Of a stretch of DNA of 64,000 nucleotides, positions 27,607-39,596 are shown one piece after another (position 1 is the stretch's first letter; every line of letters starts with the position of its first letter). The notes beneath the pieces are model-generated. The model was not told the DNA's origin. It searched no databases and saw only the letters and a program-made list of their open reading frames with translations. A program made the position numbers and the translations under genes. The stretch is from Catajapyx aquilonaris (lineage: Eukaryota), in the NCBI GenBank assembly GCA_000934665.2, contig KZ538503.1, positions 1-64,000 of the forward strand, written 5' to 3'.

Positions 27607-29459
27607 AATTTCTCTCTCTATCTCTCTATCTCTTTTTTTGCGAAACCACAAGTGCAAGTCGGTTCCCACAAACGCCGCTAATTGCTAGTGTGTCTGTCGG
27701 CCCAATTGAAAGCGAGGCAATTCATGTTATGTCACTGCCAGCGAATAAAGGACACGCAACGCTTTTCGAGTGGGGAGGGATGCGAATCGATACGCGCCTT
27801 TTATATACTCGCCCCATAGAAAAAAATATAGTATGGAGCATATGTGTGTGGGAGGAGGAAGTAAACAGTGGCTGCAATATAGCCAGGTTCACTGACTGCT
27901 AAAACATCACAATAAACACTTCTATTTTTTTTAAAGGATCAGCGATCAGTAGCTGTTATTTTAATGCGCAAATCAGGATCAAAGATAGCTACAAATAGCT
28001 TTTACTGTATGCATCTGACTTATTGTGAGCAGTATCATTTTGTATAGGAAGTGTCAAAATCTCTTTGATTGGTAAGCCTCTAAGTACAGTGTGGGCGGAT
28101 GTAATGCGTTGCTGTAGTAACCAGGTCACTGACTCGTTTCATCTCTCAAATGCGACGACAGGTATTAGCAGAGGCCGCATTGGGATTGAGTATATGCAAA
28201 AAGAGGATTTTCGCATGTTTTGGCAGGAGGAAAAAAAATTGTGCAGAAAAATATGGTTGCCTGGGCTTCCCACGAGCCCAAAAGTTTATATCCCCGGCCA
28301 AACTCCAACTATAGGGAAAAGGACTTTCCAATAAAAATAATCTATTCATGCATTTCCACCCCCTCACCAGTGCTCTACTACTCATTATCGCCTCTTCATT
28401 ACCGGCTGGGAGTATTTCTCATTACAGCAAATACAGCTCGTCCTTGACCATCGCATTTGACGCATTGCCATGTGATTAAAGGAACATTTTAAGGATCGGG
28501 CTGGCTTGCGATAGACTACTAAAGAGAAAAAGAAATATACACATTTTAAATTTAATAAATCATTCGTATAATCGGAGCTGTCTCTCTTTCCAATATTGTT
28601 TGTCCGAGCAGAGAGTACCACTAGCCCTCACACTACTTGAGAGTGGCAGGAGTGTGCAGAGAGGGTGCGCCATCTATGAGACGAGTTTGTTACTTACTTG
28701 TAAGTCGACAATTCCTGTGGCTCACACCAGAAATTGCCTCTCCTTACTGTCTGATTCATGACCAGCATCATGGATTCCAACATTATGATCAAGAAAGTCC
28801 TTCGACTATACACATGTGGCGTTTTTTTTTAAATGGCTTTTTGATCGATCCTATCAGTCTAGCCCACATTTTAGGCGAAACATTTTCTGTCCACGACGCT
28901 GACCCCGTTGCATAAGCCCTCCCCAACTATATATTTTTTTCTCTCCCTGCAACTCTGACACTATCATGCACTTTAGCTCGCGTGATATACACAGCGTGCC
29001 CCGGGTATATCATTCCGACGATATCCTGACGCGCGGCTAACATACTCGTATATCTGTTCTTGACACCACATTTCCGGGTGACACTCCTCTCGGTTTACGA
29101 CAGGACCTGTCCAGCAATATAACCATGATGCACTTGTGCGGCCCAATGGGAAGCATGGCCATGACCCCGTGCCTATTCAGAGATGGAGATACCTCGAGGG
29201 ACCAACCGCCGGAGCAATTTTATCTCCCAGTCTCGCGATCTGGATCCGAACTGTATATGCCCCTGGGCCAAGGTCGGACCTTTGCAAACACCCTGTACTG
29301 TCGTGCCCCCCAAAAATGTGCACAAATATGCAAAAAAATGCCGAATCAGAAATATAAAAAAATTAGTAGGTTTACAGGACATATGGGAAACAAACAGCAA
29401 AGTGTCTATATTTAATTTTTAAAAATTTAATTTAATAATAATCATGTACATAATTGAGA

Positions 29460-29670
29460 TGTCTGACTCGTCCCTATAAACAAGTTGACATGGCTTTCAC
29501 TGCTGTCCTCTAATTTCTAATTTGTTGAACGAGGGCAGTAGTATAGCGCCCTGGTGGACTGTCATCGCAGTGACTTATCACCAACGCACAGTACATGTAG
29601 TACTACTACTTTCTCCCTGAGAGTGGCAGAGGGAGAGCCTATGCGCCAACTGGTAATGGCATATTGTAGT
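29460..29670 (+). mobile_element. Helitron-like family H2 copy (partial, with internal inversion)
   Basis: CCCTGGTGGAC..GTGACTTATCACCAACG..GTAGTACTAC..TATGCGCCAACTGG core. Confidence 0.7.
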
Positions 29671-31867
29671 TCAATCTATATTAGATTTAATTTTGGGTTG
29701 ATTTCGTACTTTTTTTCGTCGGAATGGCCTATTCCTGTCCAGGAGTTTAGTATAAAATGGTCAGAATAATTTGGGACCAACATGTGTCTCATCAACCAGA
29801 AGCAGCTTAGCTATTGCCAGAAATTCAGTCCGTTACACCCTGTACTTGTCGCATTTCAATCTCTTACTGAAAAAAATGGGAGCTCCGTAACAATAGGAAC
29901 TCATCAAGACGTACCCAGATCCGAATTTTACAGCCGCATAAAATCCCAACCCAGAAAATGCCCATTTTGTGACAATGAACCCTTCAGCACCGCCACTTTT
30001 TTTTAAAAAAATAAAAAAAGCATTGTCCGCAATTTTGCCCGCACAATTTCCAAGAACCGAAGTTTCATGTCTGGTATTTTTTTTTTAAAGGGGGTGCAAG
30101 TTCCGTGTTGTTATATTATTCCCCCGGTTTTTTTCTTTTTTTATGGAGGGGGAATGTCTGCAGGAAAATCGTGCCATGTCCGGACACAGGTATGGTAGAC
30201 ATCGATTTCCATCCTGGTGTGGTGGTGGCCCCCTACTCCTCGTCCTCCTCCTCCTCTGCTGCCTGCTCACTCCTAACCTGAGTGATTTTTGGAAGGCGCT
30301 ATTGTGGTGGAGCAGCCCACTCCCCTCCCACCACTCCCTCCCCTCTTTCCCCGTGTTTTGGAACGTCCAGCCTCGTGGAATAGTCCCAAGTATTGACAAA
30401 TTCTACGATGTAGTATAGTGAGCTTGTGCTGGTCCGGGTAAAACTTGTCTACACTGCTTGCGCGAGTGTGTGTGTGTCAGGTTGGGGGAGGGAGATGGGA
30501 AAAAGGGGGTGGGAGAGAAAACTACCACCCAATTTCACCCACCCACCCACCGACAACATGACACCCCCACCCCTTTCATTTTACCAAAAGCACATTCAAG
30601 GCCGAGTCTATGCGGAAGTGGATCTACCTGTACAGGGTGATGCAGATTGCCGGAAGAACTTTCCCATGCTAAACAAAATTTTATCGATAGATCAAATCAT
30701 CTCTACAGAAAATGATCATTTGAGCCATAGGAGTTCAAGTTGGTGTTAGTTTCGGAACATCCTGCATGGCCAAAAATGTTTCGGCCAGGAATGTCCTGAT
30801 AGTATGAAACTATCCGTCTATACTGAAGTGCAGGGTGTATAATACCATGATGTCATAGGCTACTGGATATCTCAAAAAAATTTGGACAATACGTGTGCTG
30901 TATTTAGCAAAAAAAAATTATTCTGCATAATGGGCTACCAATAATTAGCAGAAAATTGACCATATTTGTGACAGCTGCTAGTTTCCGACAACATGTACTA
31001 TGTACACAGTCATAAAAGTGGCTTTAAAATAATAGTCATGAATATAGTTTTTATGAAGTTATGTTGTTATGATGTTATGAAGTTAGCTATGAAATTCCGG
31101 GATTAAACACGCTCCCAAAACTATTTAGTGTAAAAATTGAATTATAGTTCGGAACTCATAAGCATTTTCGATAGCCCTCTTATTATTTCAAATAATGTTT
31201 TGAAATAATTTGAACAAAATTGGTTAAATCCTATAGGATTCCTCATGCTCCAGATGGATTTCATGTGAATTTTGGACCCCATTTTTTCTAACATTTTCAT
31301 GGAAATATTATCCCTCTTTGTGTTTTAAAAAAAGAAGCTTTTAAACAGTATCAAAATTAATGCAATACAAATACAATACAATTACAATCAAAATAAATGA
31401 TGTGGTTTATATCCAGGACTAAACACACTGTAGATATGTTTCCTGCAAAACTGCATTAAAATGTCAATCATTTTAAGATAGTTTCAGATTTTTTCCCCCA
31501 ATCAAATGAACATTCAGTTTTAGCTTTAGAAAGTGATTTTCACACATTTCATAGAAAAATTATCCATCTCATCAAAAAAGTTTTTAAAGAATGGCAAAAT
31601 AAATGTTATGATTTAATCCGGCAGGATCAGCACTCATGTAATAGTTTCATTCACGTTTCTGCTACTCATTTGGAGGCAGTTTCTGGAAATAATTATCCAT
31701 TTCACCCATATTGTCAATATCTGTTTAGAAGATAATGTTCGTGGTTATGGCCACAACCAATGGGATTTTCTGATTTGGACCCATGTGACAAATGTGACAC
31801 AAACCAAAAAATTATGTAAATTCATTCAAATATAACCAAAGAAAAGCAATAAAATATTCAATAATGT

Positions 31868-32083
31868 CTGGAGTCGAATCTTAAATTTGTTATCCACGTG
31901 CAAAGTTTACACTACACACTTTCATCTGGAGTGCAAATTGCTTACTTGCTCAATTTTTAATTGCTGGGTTTAGCCATGTTAAAAAAACAGGACCAACTGG
32001 AGTACTCCATGGTTCACTTTGAAGTGCAAATAATAATTTTGGAGTGCAAATTGCACCTTTGCATTCTAATGTTTCCGCCCCTG
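31868..32083 (+). mobile_element. hAT-like MITE family M3 copy 1 (GGAGTGCAA sub-repeats)
   Basis: Collinear with 59439-59657. Ends TTTCCGCCCCTG. No clear TSD. Confidence 0.65.
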
Positions 32084-32977
32084 TATTGTTGAACCATTTT
32101 TAAATGAAAAATTCACCCCCATTGTATCATCTTGTACACAACAGCACTATGCAATGAATCTAATAACTTCTGAATCACCCTGCTCCGTCTCTGGCACAAA
32201 CCCACGACAATGATCAGTCCGGAAGCTTTTATATAAGATTAAGCTGGCCAAGACATTTGACGGCCTCATTTTTTCCCCCTCGCAGCCATTTTTTGGCAGC
32301 CGAAAAAAGGGCTGCAGGAGTGTGCAAAAATGAAAGAAAATCGCAAATCACGGGCCATTTCCTGGTCCAGCAAGAGGGGCTGGCACGGGATGGGTTTAGC
32401 CCGCAGGGTCCAGCTAGTCATGAATCCGATAACAGCTGGCTCGTCTTGTGCCCATATCCGCTACTGTCCGGTTTATCTGGGGCCCAGGCCACCGGTTTTA
32501 ATGGATGGCTTTTTCAAAGCATAACTGTGCGACCTCGACCTTTCAACGGGGGACGGAGGGTTCAAAAACAGCGGCAAAAGTGTCCAGCGTTACTCATCTT
32601 TCTTCCCCCGGACGTCACCCAAAATTGACACCAACAATTTTGGACCCTTCACAAAAAAAAATGGCCAGCTAGAGTACATATGGAGAGACTCTCTCTCGTA
32701 TCGTCACCCAACTAACCCGCATCGATTGGATTATCCTCAAACCGCGTTTAGTATGGCCTTCATTTCATTATGACGGTGTCCTGTTTCCAAACCGCGACCG
32801 TTATGCACTGCCCTTGGCTCTTCTGCATGCTGCCCTTAATAAGCCGAGCAGGCATAACACGATGCGCAGAAAATATCAACGGTTAACACTCCATTATTGC
32901 AGAGCCCAAAATATTGATAGAAGCACTATGGCAAAAAAAAATGCACCGGTACCTGAATGACGTCTTATTTATTTTAA

Positions 32978-33610
32978 AAATTTGGCAACACTACCCGGCC
33001 CGCTCCCCCACTTGGACGCAGTGCGATATGCCAGTACCAGTTGGCGCATAGGCCCATCTGCACACTCTGTGCACACTCCTGCCACTTTCAGGGCGAAAGT
33101 AGTACTGCATGTACGTTGGTGATGAGTAACTTCGCGGACAAAGTCCACCAGGGCGATATCAGGGAGCATATACTACATAAGAGGCGCAAACTTCTGTCGG
33201 CGCCTTTGATGTTCGCATCTCTCTGTTTGGGGCCGTTGCCAAGGCTGGCGGCCATTTTGAAGTGTGGGGAACGCCAACGAGGTATAAATAGGGTACAGGC
33301 AAAAATATGGTCCGCCATCTTTGATGGTTTTGGCGGCCATGGCAACTACATGGCAAGAACACGCGCGAATCAAAGATGGCGGACCCTATTTTTGCCTGTA
33401 CCCTATTTATACCTCGTTGGCGTTCCCCACACTTCAAAATGGCCGCCAGCCTTGGCAACGCCCCGAACAGAGAGACGCGGAAATCGAATGTTTGCGCTTC
33501 TTATGTAGTATAATTATGCTCCCTGGCGATATACTACTCATTGTTTGTTGAACGAGCAACGAGGAAAGTGAAAGATATGGTTACTACTATCTAGGTGTTG
33601 CGTAGGGACA
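32978..33610 (-). mobile_element. Helitron-like family H2 copy, interrupted by a foldback MITE
   Basis: Reverse-complement homology to the H2 core on both sides of 33160-33525. Ends are approximate. Confidence 0.72.
33160..33525. mobile_element. Foldback MITE with a 7-bp TSD (P/Galileo-like; hAT if the TSD is read as 8 bp)
   Basis: GCGATAT|CAGGGAGCATA..TACTACATAAG...CTTATGTAGTA..TATGCTCCCTG|GCGATAT. Inner arms 33234-33325 and 33369-33460 differ at one position. Confidence 0.88.
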
Positions 33611-35874
33611 AAGTTACACCTAGCCAATGATATAGATTATTTATTTATTTATTTCATATGGGAGAAGCAGCTTTCTGGCCCCTGTTTGTCAGCCTGTAAA
33701 TTATGCCACTTGCAACACAGGAGAGGCTTGAGGGTAGCTCTGAACAGTCAGGATGAAACAAAATGCACCGGACAATATATAGTACTTTACTGCTTCAAAA
33801 ATTATTTTAAGAAGACCAAGCTTGGAATTAGCTTACTGGCAGTTACTTGGTGTCATAAGCCACAACGATGTCTCGAAATAACCCACATTATTTTCATGAG
33901 TGAACCTGCTGGGTATGAACACATGCACACACAACATGTAACAAGTCTACTTTGAAACCGGATGAATAATGGGCTAACAAGCTTAGCCCCTTACCAAACA
34001 ACACTGGCCGACATTTCGCTATTTACTGAAGCATTATGCAACCTGCACTACAGCCACCGTGTCACACATGAAAAGCGGACCGCATACAAAACCGGACGCC
34101 TTTTACCAACAACACCCTTCTGAAAACCCCCAGCCAGAAAGTGAAGGCTTTTCATCTCATCTCAGCTCCAGGATTGATTTAGCTCCCCGGACAAGAGAAG
34201 GAAAACGAGACCTATATTTTCCTCTTTTCGCCGAGTTGAACCCGGAAAACCCGCATGTGCTATTGCACCTTTTTCACTTCGCAAAGTTTATTGTCGCGTG
34301 ATATGCCGCACTTGCCAGGCTTTTTTTCTCCCGACAAAAAAAACAACGCCAAACCAATTCAGGAAGCCAGGGTCATGGGAATATTAGGACATTCCTATAC
34401 AATGCAGTGGAGCACAAAAGAGCGCTAGTTGCAGAGCCAAGTCAGGGTCATTCACATGAACGGCCTTCATAGGTAGGCAGCGACTGTCTGGTGGCCATCC
34501 CAAGGTCTTCATATAGTAAGCGATAATACCTGTAATTTTTCAAACCCAAATACATAGAGATAGATCGCTTTTTTTGTGCTAACGATAGGTTACATGACGC
34601 AAATCACTCAGCACTGTAACCAGTGATGTAATGATGGTTTGAAGGACGGTAGATAGTAAACAACAGTCATATTTTCACCAACTGGCATAAACTTTATGTT
34701 CTAGTTCAAGACTATTTTGAGTGATGACCTGCTGGTTACATGTCCAAATAAATTCTGCAGAACCTTGTCCATTTTAAGGTCACCAGAAGGCCAACCGAGG
34801 GAACTGTTAAGAGTACAAAACCAACTATATGTAACTAGTTGTATTGTTCGCTTCATTTCAGTGTGAATGAACCTACCTTAACTAGTTACATAACTTGATT
34901 AAAGGTCCAATAGCAATCCAGGGCAGTTGTGGCCAATTCCATCAGTATGGCCAGTTCGGAGGCGAGGAAACTGCCCGAAAGTTCTAGCCTGTGCCTCAGG
35001 TGTGTTTGACCAAAATCGTTCAACACTATCAAAGGCAATGTCCCAAAAAAAAAATTTGTCAGAATCATTTACGACTAAAGTTTTGCCAAACTGAGGTCTT
35101 ATTCTTTGAAATTGGGAACCTTCCCACATGTTCCCTTCTTTTGATCCAATCTCTTCGAGAAAGCCATTATTCTATGTACGTACTTTTTTTAAGTGTCTGC
35201 GAACGTGCTTTTTCAAAAGGACAGTTATGTCTGCTGAGCCAAGTCCAGTACATTGAACCTCGAGTGACATATTATTGCTCGCTACGCTTCCCACTCACTT
35301 CCTGAATAGGGCTTTACACCGTCCGCAGACTGTGCGGAGGCGTGCTGTAGTACTATAAGCCCACCCACGCTTTATTTCCACGCTGGTTCAACTCCCAGAC
35401 AGTACAGGCTTTCAGCTTTTCCCTCCGCAGGAGAAAAGCTCATAAAATCACCAATCGCACGATGTTGCACATTTTTGTTATTTCCAACCCCCCAATTACA
35501 TATTTTGGATAGTTCCAACACCTTCTTATTTCCAACACATTTTAAATCGGTGGTTAGATCCAAATGATGTTAATCTGTCCAAATTTTCGGTTTCCATATG
35601 GTCACGCCTGCCACCCCCAACACCTTTTAGCCTACCTTTTTCACCTACATTCCTACCTGGCCTGCCTGCCAAGCCTGCCTAGAGTACCTATCGATCGGAA
35701 AGGTACCACATCGCAACGGGGATGGATGCTACTACTAGTACTACCACTGCACATGCACTACTTCAAAGCCTTCCTCATTTTCGCCTTGCCTCCCACCCCT
35801 CATACGCAATCTACAAACTATAAGAAGAGTGCGACATAATGATTGTGCATATCCGGACACATTATTATGCCTGA

Positions 35875-36505
35875 CTAGCAGGGAACCCGTTCTTCGCACG
35901 ATTATTGATAACATAGTGAAAGAAAGTCACAATTTCCACAGATATGACATCAAACATCATAAAAGCAAAAAAAAAATCCTACATTTTGAGGATTTGAACT
36001 CACAAAAGTGCAGTTTTCGGACTTTTTCCTAAAACAAAGGCATGTAAGACGTCAGTGTGCCAAGTTTCAGTACTATCAGTAGTGTGAAAGTGGGTTAAGT
36101 AGCCGTGACATACATAAATACCAAACAATTATATACTGCACATGTAAGATTTTTATATTTTAAATAAAAAAACCAGCAAACATCATATATTTTAGCTATT
36201 TAGACTTTAAAAAAGTGCAACCGGTTTCCGATTTTTCTCTCAATCAGCTGCACGTAAATCATCAGTGTGCCAGTACTCTCAGTGGTCTGAAAGTAGGATA
36301 GGTAGTCCTGGGTAGTCAAACTTTCTGATTTATATCATATGTAAGATGAACTATCACATTGTGGACGTGCCCTACATATAGGACGATCCGTAGTCTGAAA
36401 GTGGGTTAGGTAGCCCGTACATACAGACAAACTTTCTGCTTTATATATATATGTAAGAAGATGAGCTATCACATTGGGGAAGTGTCCTACATACATAGGA
36501 CGATC
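35875..36505 (-). mobile_element. Helitron H1 copy (35875-36149) plus two further tandem partial 5' segments
   Basis: Same 3' end as the 23419 copy (plus strand CTAGCAGGGAACCCGTTCTTCGCACG) and homologous body. A|TC 5' ends on the minus strand at 36149, 36346 and 36461. Confidence 0.8.
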
Positions 36506-37557
36506 AGCTAGATGCTGTCTATATTTTTGTCTCATCATGATGGTTCCCAACTGCGCCCTACATTATTATCACAATTTAGCGCCAGGTGACAACTGCTCAG
36601 GCGATAATGAATTGAGCGAGGAGGGGGTTTCAATGGCTGTGCCAAATTGAGGAAACAAGCGGCAGAAGCTGGCGTAATGGCCGACGAACAGAATGCGAAG
36701 GGAAATGAGGTGAGGCGTGTTATATTGCTCGCTCAGTGGAGGTAGCAGAGAGAGAAGCTGCATGATGCAGCAGAAAAGAGGAAGGAAGTAATAAGGAATC
36801 TTGCTTTTGCTGGGGCCCTCCTGCAGTCAGGCCCCCAGGTTGTTGGCGGAAAGTGGAGTGGATGCTGCAGCACCAGTCTCTTTCTGCTGGTCCGCCCTCA
36901 AACTGCGCTAACTTGGCTTGAAATTACAATTTAATTACATCCTTGCCCAAAGTGGGCTGGGCGGGCTCATAATTATCTGGAAGCCCCCCTCCCCCCTTTC
37001 CCTCTCTCCCTTTTGCTTTTGTCCCAAATCGATTGCGGGCACAATATCTCTCCCTGGAGCCGAGTGCTTGGAAGATGGTCCGGAGACAAGCATGAACTTG
37101 GCCATGAAAAGGGTGTCCCATCAAGTAGAAACAGCTGTCCAAATAGGACTCATCGAGCCAAGGACACACTCTGATTGAATTCCGCAACTAGTCCGCTCAT
37201 TACCTCCTCTTTCCAGCTGACCCCCCTGCTCGTTTGTTCATCTGTCACTAACCGCTAACTGCCCCTGGATGTCGCTTTTCGGACATCTACACCACCGCTC
37301 TGTCCAAACCCGGCCATCTGTCCATCTCTGGGGCCATTCGTTTTACTTTTCTTTCATTACGTCTTTTCTGTCTCGCCGTGATGTTATATGTGTAATGATT
37401 GGTGGATGCGACAACAAGCCACGCCCATTATGCGCTTCTGAGGAGCTTCCTGAGTGGCTGGCTGAGAGGGCAATGCGGATTGGATGAATCAGAGACAGGT
37501 TTGCTGATAGGTTGCCATTTCATACAGTCTACGACACTTCCATCTCCTCCTGTACTG

Positions 37558-38182
37558 AACCGAGTACGCACCCACATTTGCGCAGCTCCAATGTTCTGAC
37601 AACGTTGTTGTCAGAGTTACTTCCCACGGGCCAAATAATCATATTCAGAATTCACTAGGCATGACTATAATTATGTCGCTACACACGCGTTGGCCCATCA
37701 CCTAGATGCATGTAGTTATAGCTGTCATTTCCCCGTGACAGGACACAACAGGGCTCTCTGTAGCGGTCAGAGGTTGAGGCATACTTCAACGGAGGCGAGA
37801 CAAGTGCTGGGTTATAACGCTCTGGTGGGCTTGGTCCTCGCAGTGACTCATCACCAACGTAGGGAGCATATGCGCCAACTATCATACTATGTCCATGTGG
37901 ATGAAGGGCCGGGCAGTGTTGCCAATTTTGGTTACTAGTAATAAAAATAACATAATAATAAAGTTGTAGCCTCTGAAGATCTTTCCAGAGGCTATATACT
38001 GGCAACGTTGCAATCGTCAGCCATTTTGTTCCCCCTCAATTGCGGTGTTGGAAATAAGTGAGGTGCTTATTTACCGGTACATTCACTACACAGAGATCTT
38101 ACCAGCTATCATTGATAATGGCGACCGTGCACACTGTGCGAACTGTGGTGCGCATTCGGTTGCGCTCTTTTAAAAAATCATC
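37558..38182 (+). mobile_element. TIR element family T1, copy B (left end truncated)
   Basis: AACCGAGTACGCACCCACATTTGCGCAGCTCC...GTAGCCTCTGAAG...GCGAACTGTGGTGCGCATTCGGTTGCGC, collinear with copy A. Confidence 0.75.
37639..37938 (+). mobile_element. Helitron-like family H2 copy, nested in TIR element T1-B
   Basis: CTGGTGGGC..GTCC..GCAGTGACTCATCACCAACGT core. Ends GCAGTGTTGCCAATTTTGGTTA CTAG|T. The 5' end is approximate. Confidence 0.75.
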
Positions 38183-38835
38183 TAGTTATTCATACAATAA
38201 TGCACCCTAATAAACTTCTCATTTTCTCCCCGCAATTTGTAGAGCTCTAACTTAATTTCCGGGCCATTTCCAGCCGTATCTTTCCATCCTTTCAAGTTAC
38301 ATTCTGGCAACACTGGCCGAGTTTCTGTTTTTGTTTGTGACTGACCCACCACAACGAGCATTTTTGTGATTTCAATACCGTCCTCTAACGTAACCAGATT
38401 CCATTCAGAAACGACCCTCTCGTCGCCAAGGCCGGGCAATTCAGCTCGAGCCAAATGGTCCTCTTATCCTTTCTTATCCTTCTTTTTTTTTTTTTTTTGC
38501 AACAATCAAATCATCCGGTGGCGACTGTTGTTCAACATCCGGACCACCCCGCAGAAACTTTGAAGCCTTTCTGTGCCTTCCTCATTCATGGGCCCGGGGT
38601 TTTGGATTAAGATGTCCAATAAGAGAGATCAAGGGAGGATTGCGGGATGGGAGATAGCAATCTTCATTAGGGCAATGTCTCACGAAACTGACCTACATTG
38701 CCCCGCAGATGGTGCTATTAATACGTGCCTCTAATTAGCTGTTATTGGACTGGCTGGAAAGGTCAGTGCCAGGTTAAAGCTGGTCTGCAGATGTAGAGTA
38801 GTACCAAATCTCTTCCACATATGGCTCACACGATA

Positions 38836-39476
38836 TGTGATTTTCAACGAGCCCAATCGAGTGCGCACCACAGTTAGCGCAGAGTGCACGGTTGGCATTA
38901 TCAATGATATAGGCATCGGCCCTCCGAAAATACACGTGTGACACCTCCCACTTTTCAAATTTCCACAAAGGACTCCAGGTTGCCAGATGGCATAGGTGAC
39001 GCTTTTGAAAGAATGTAGTTACATTATAAAACATTCCATATCTTAATAATAATATCAATTTACAAGTGAAAAGCACGAGCACCTGACGACTTGAGTAATA
39101 TTTCCTTTGCCAGTGGAATGTTTTTAATTAGGTAATGTCCACTTGGTACCCTCACTCCCTCCTTGGAGCATGCTTGGAAATATGAGAAGTGGGAGGTGCC
39201 AGACGCGTGGATTCTCGAAGGGCCGCTACCTATATTTGGTAAGCTCTCTGTGGGTGTACTGCCCTGCATTTATTTCCAACGCTACACTTAGGGTAAACAA
39301 AAGGCCGACGTTTGCGACGTTGCCAAGGCTCTGAAACGAACCTCAGAGGCTACGGCCTACGGGTGTGGATTTTTTTAAATCTCCTAAGGAGTAACTGGCA
39401 ATATTGTTGTCAGAACAATGGAGCTGCGTGAGTGTGGGTGCGCATTCACTGTCGTCTGCGCTCGTAAATATTCATC
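38836..39476 (-). mobile_element. TIR element family T1, copy C (inverted relative to A and B)
   Basis: Reverse-complement homology to copies A and B at both ends and through the body. Confidence 0.75.
38910..39232. mobile_element. MITE with TA target-site duplication, nested in T1-C
   Basis: TA|TAGGCATCGGCCCTCCGAAAATACACGTGTGACACCTCCCACTT...AAGTGGGAGGTGCCAGACGCGTGGATTCTCGAAGGGCCGCTACCTA|TA. T1-B shows the empty site with a single TA. Confidence 0.8.
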
Positions 39477-39478
39477 GA

Positions 39479-39596
39479 CAGAGTGACCCTAAAGTATGGT
39501 CACATAGGTAATATATTGTAATGTATTGTTGGGTGACAATGGGCAACCTGGCAGCCATCGATACAATACTTGTGTACAAACTTCTGAGTCACCCTG
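39479..39596. mobile_element. Small Tc1/mariner-type MITE
   Basis: CAGAGTGACCCTAAAGTATGG...TGTACAAACTTCTGAGTCACCCTG|TA imperfect TIRs. Confidence 0.6.

Noticed and set aside
29912..29929. TACCCAGATCCGAATTT resembling miR-10
   Set aside because: Three bases are missing in the seed region and there is no complementary arm.
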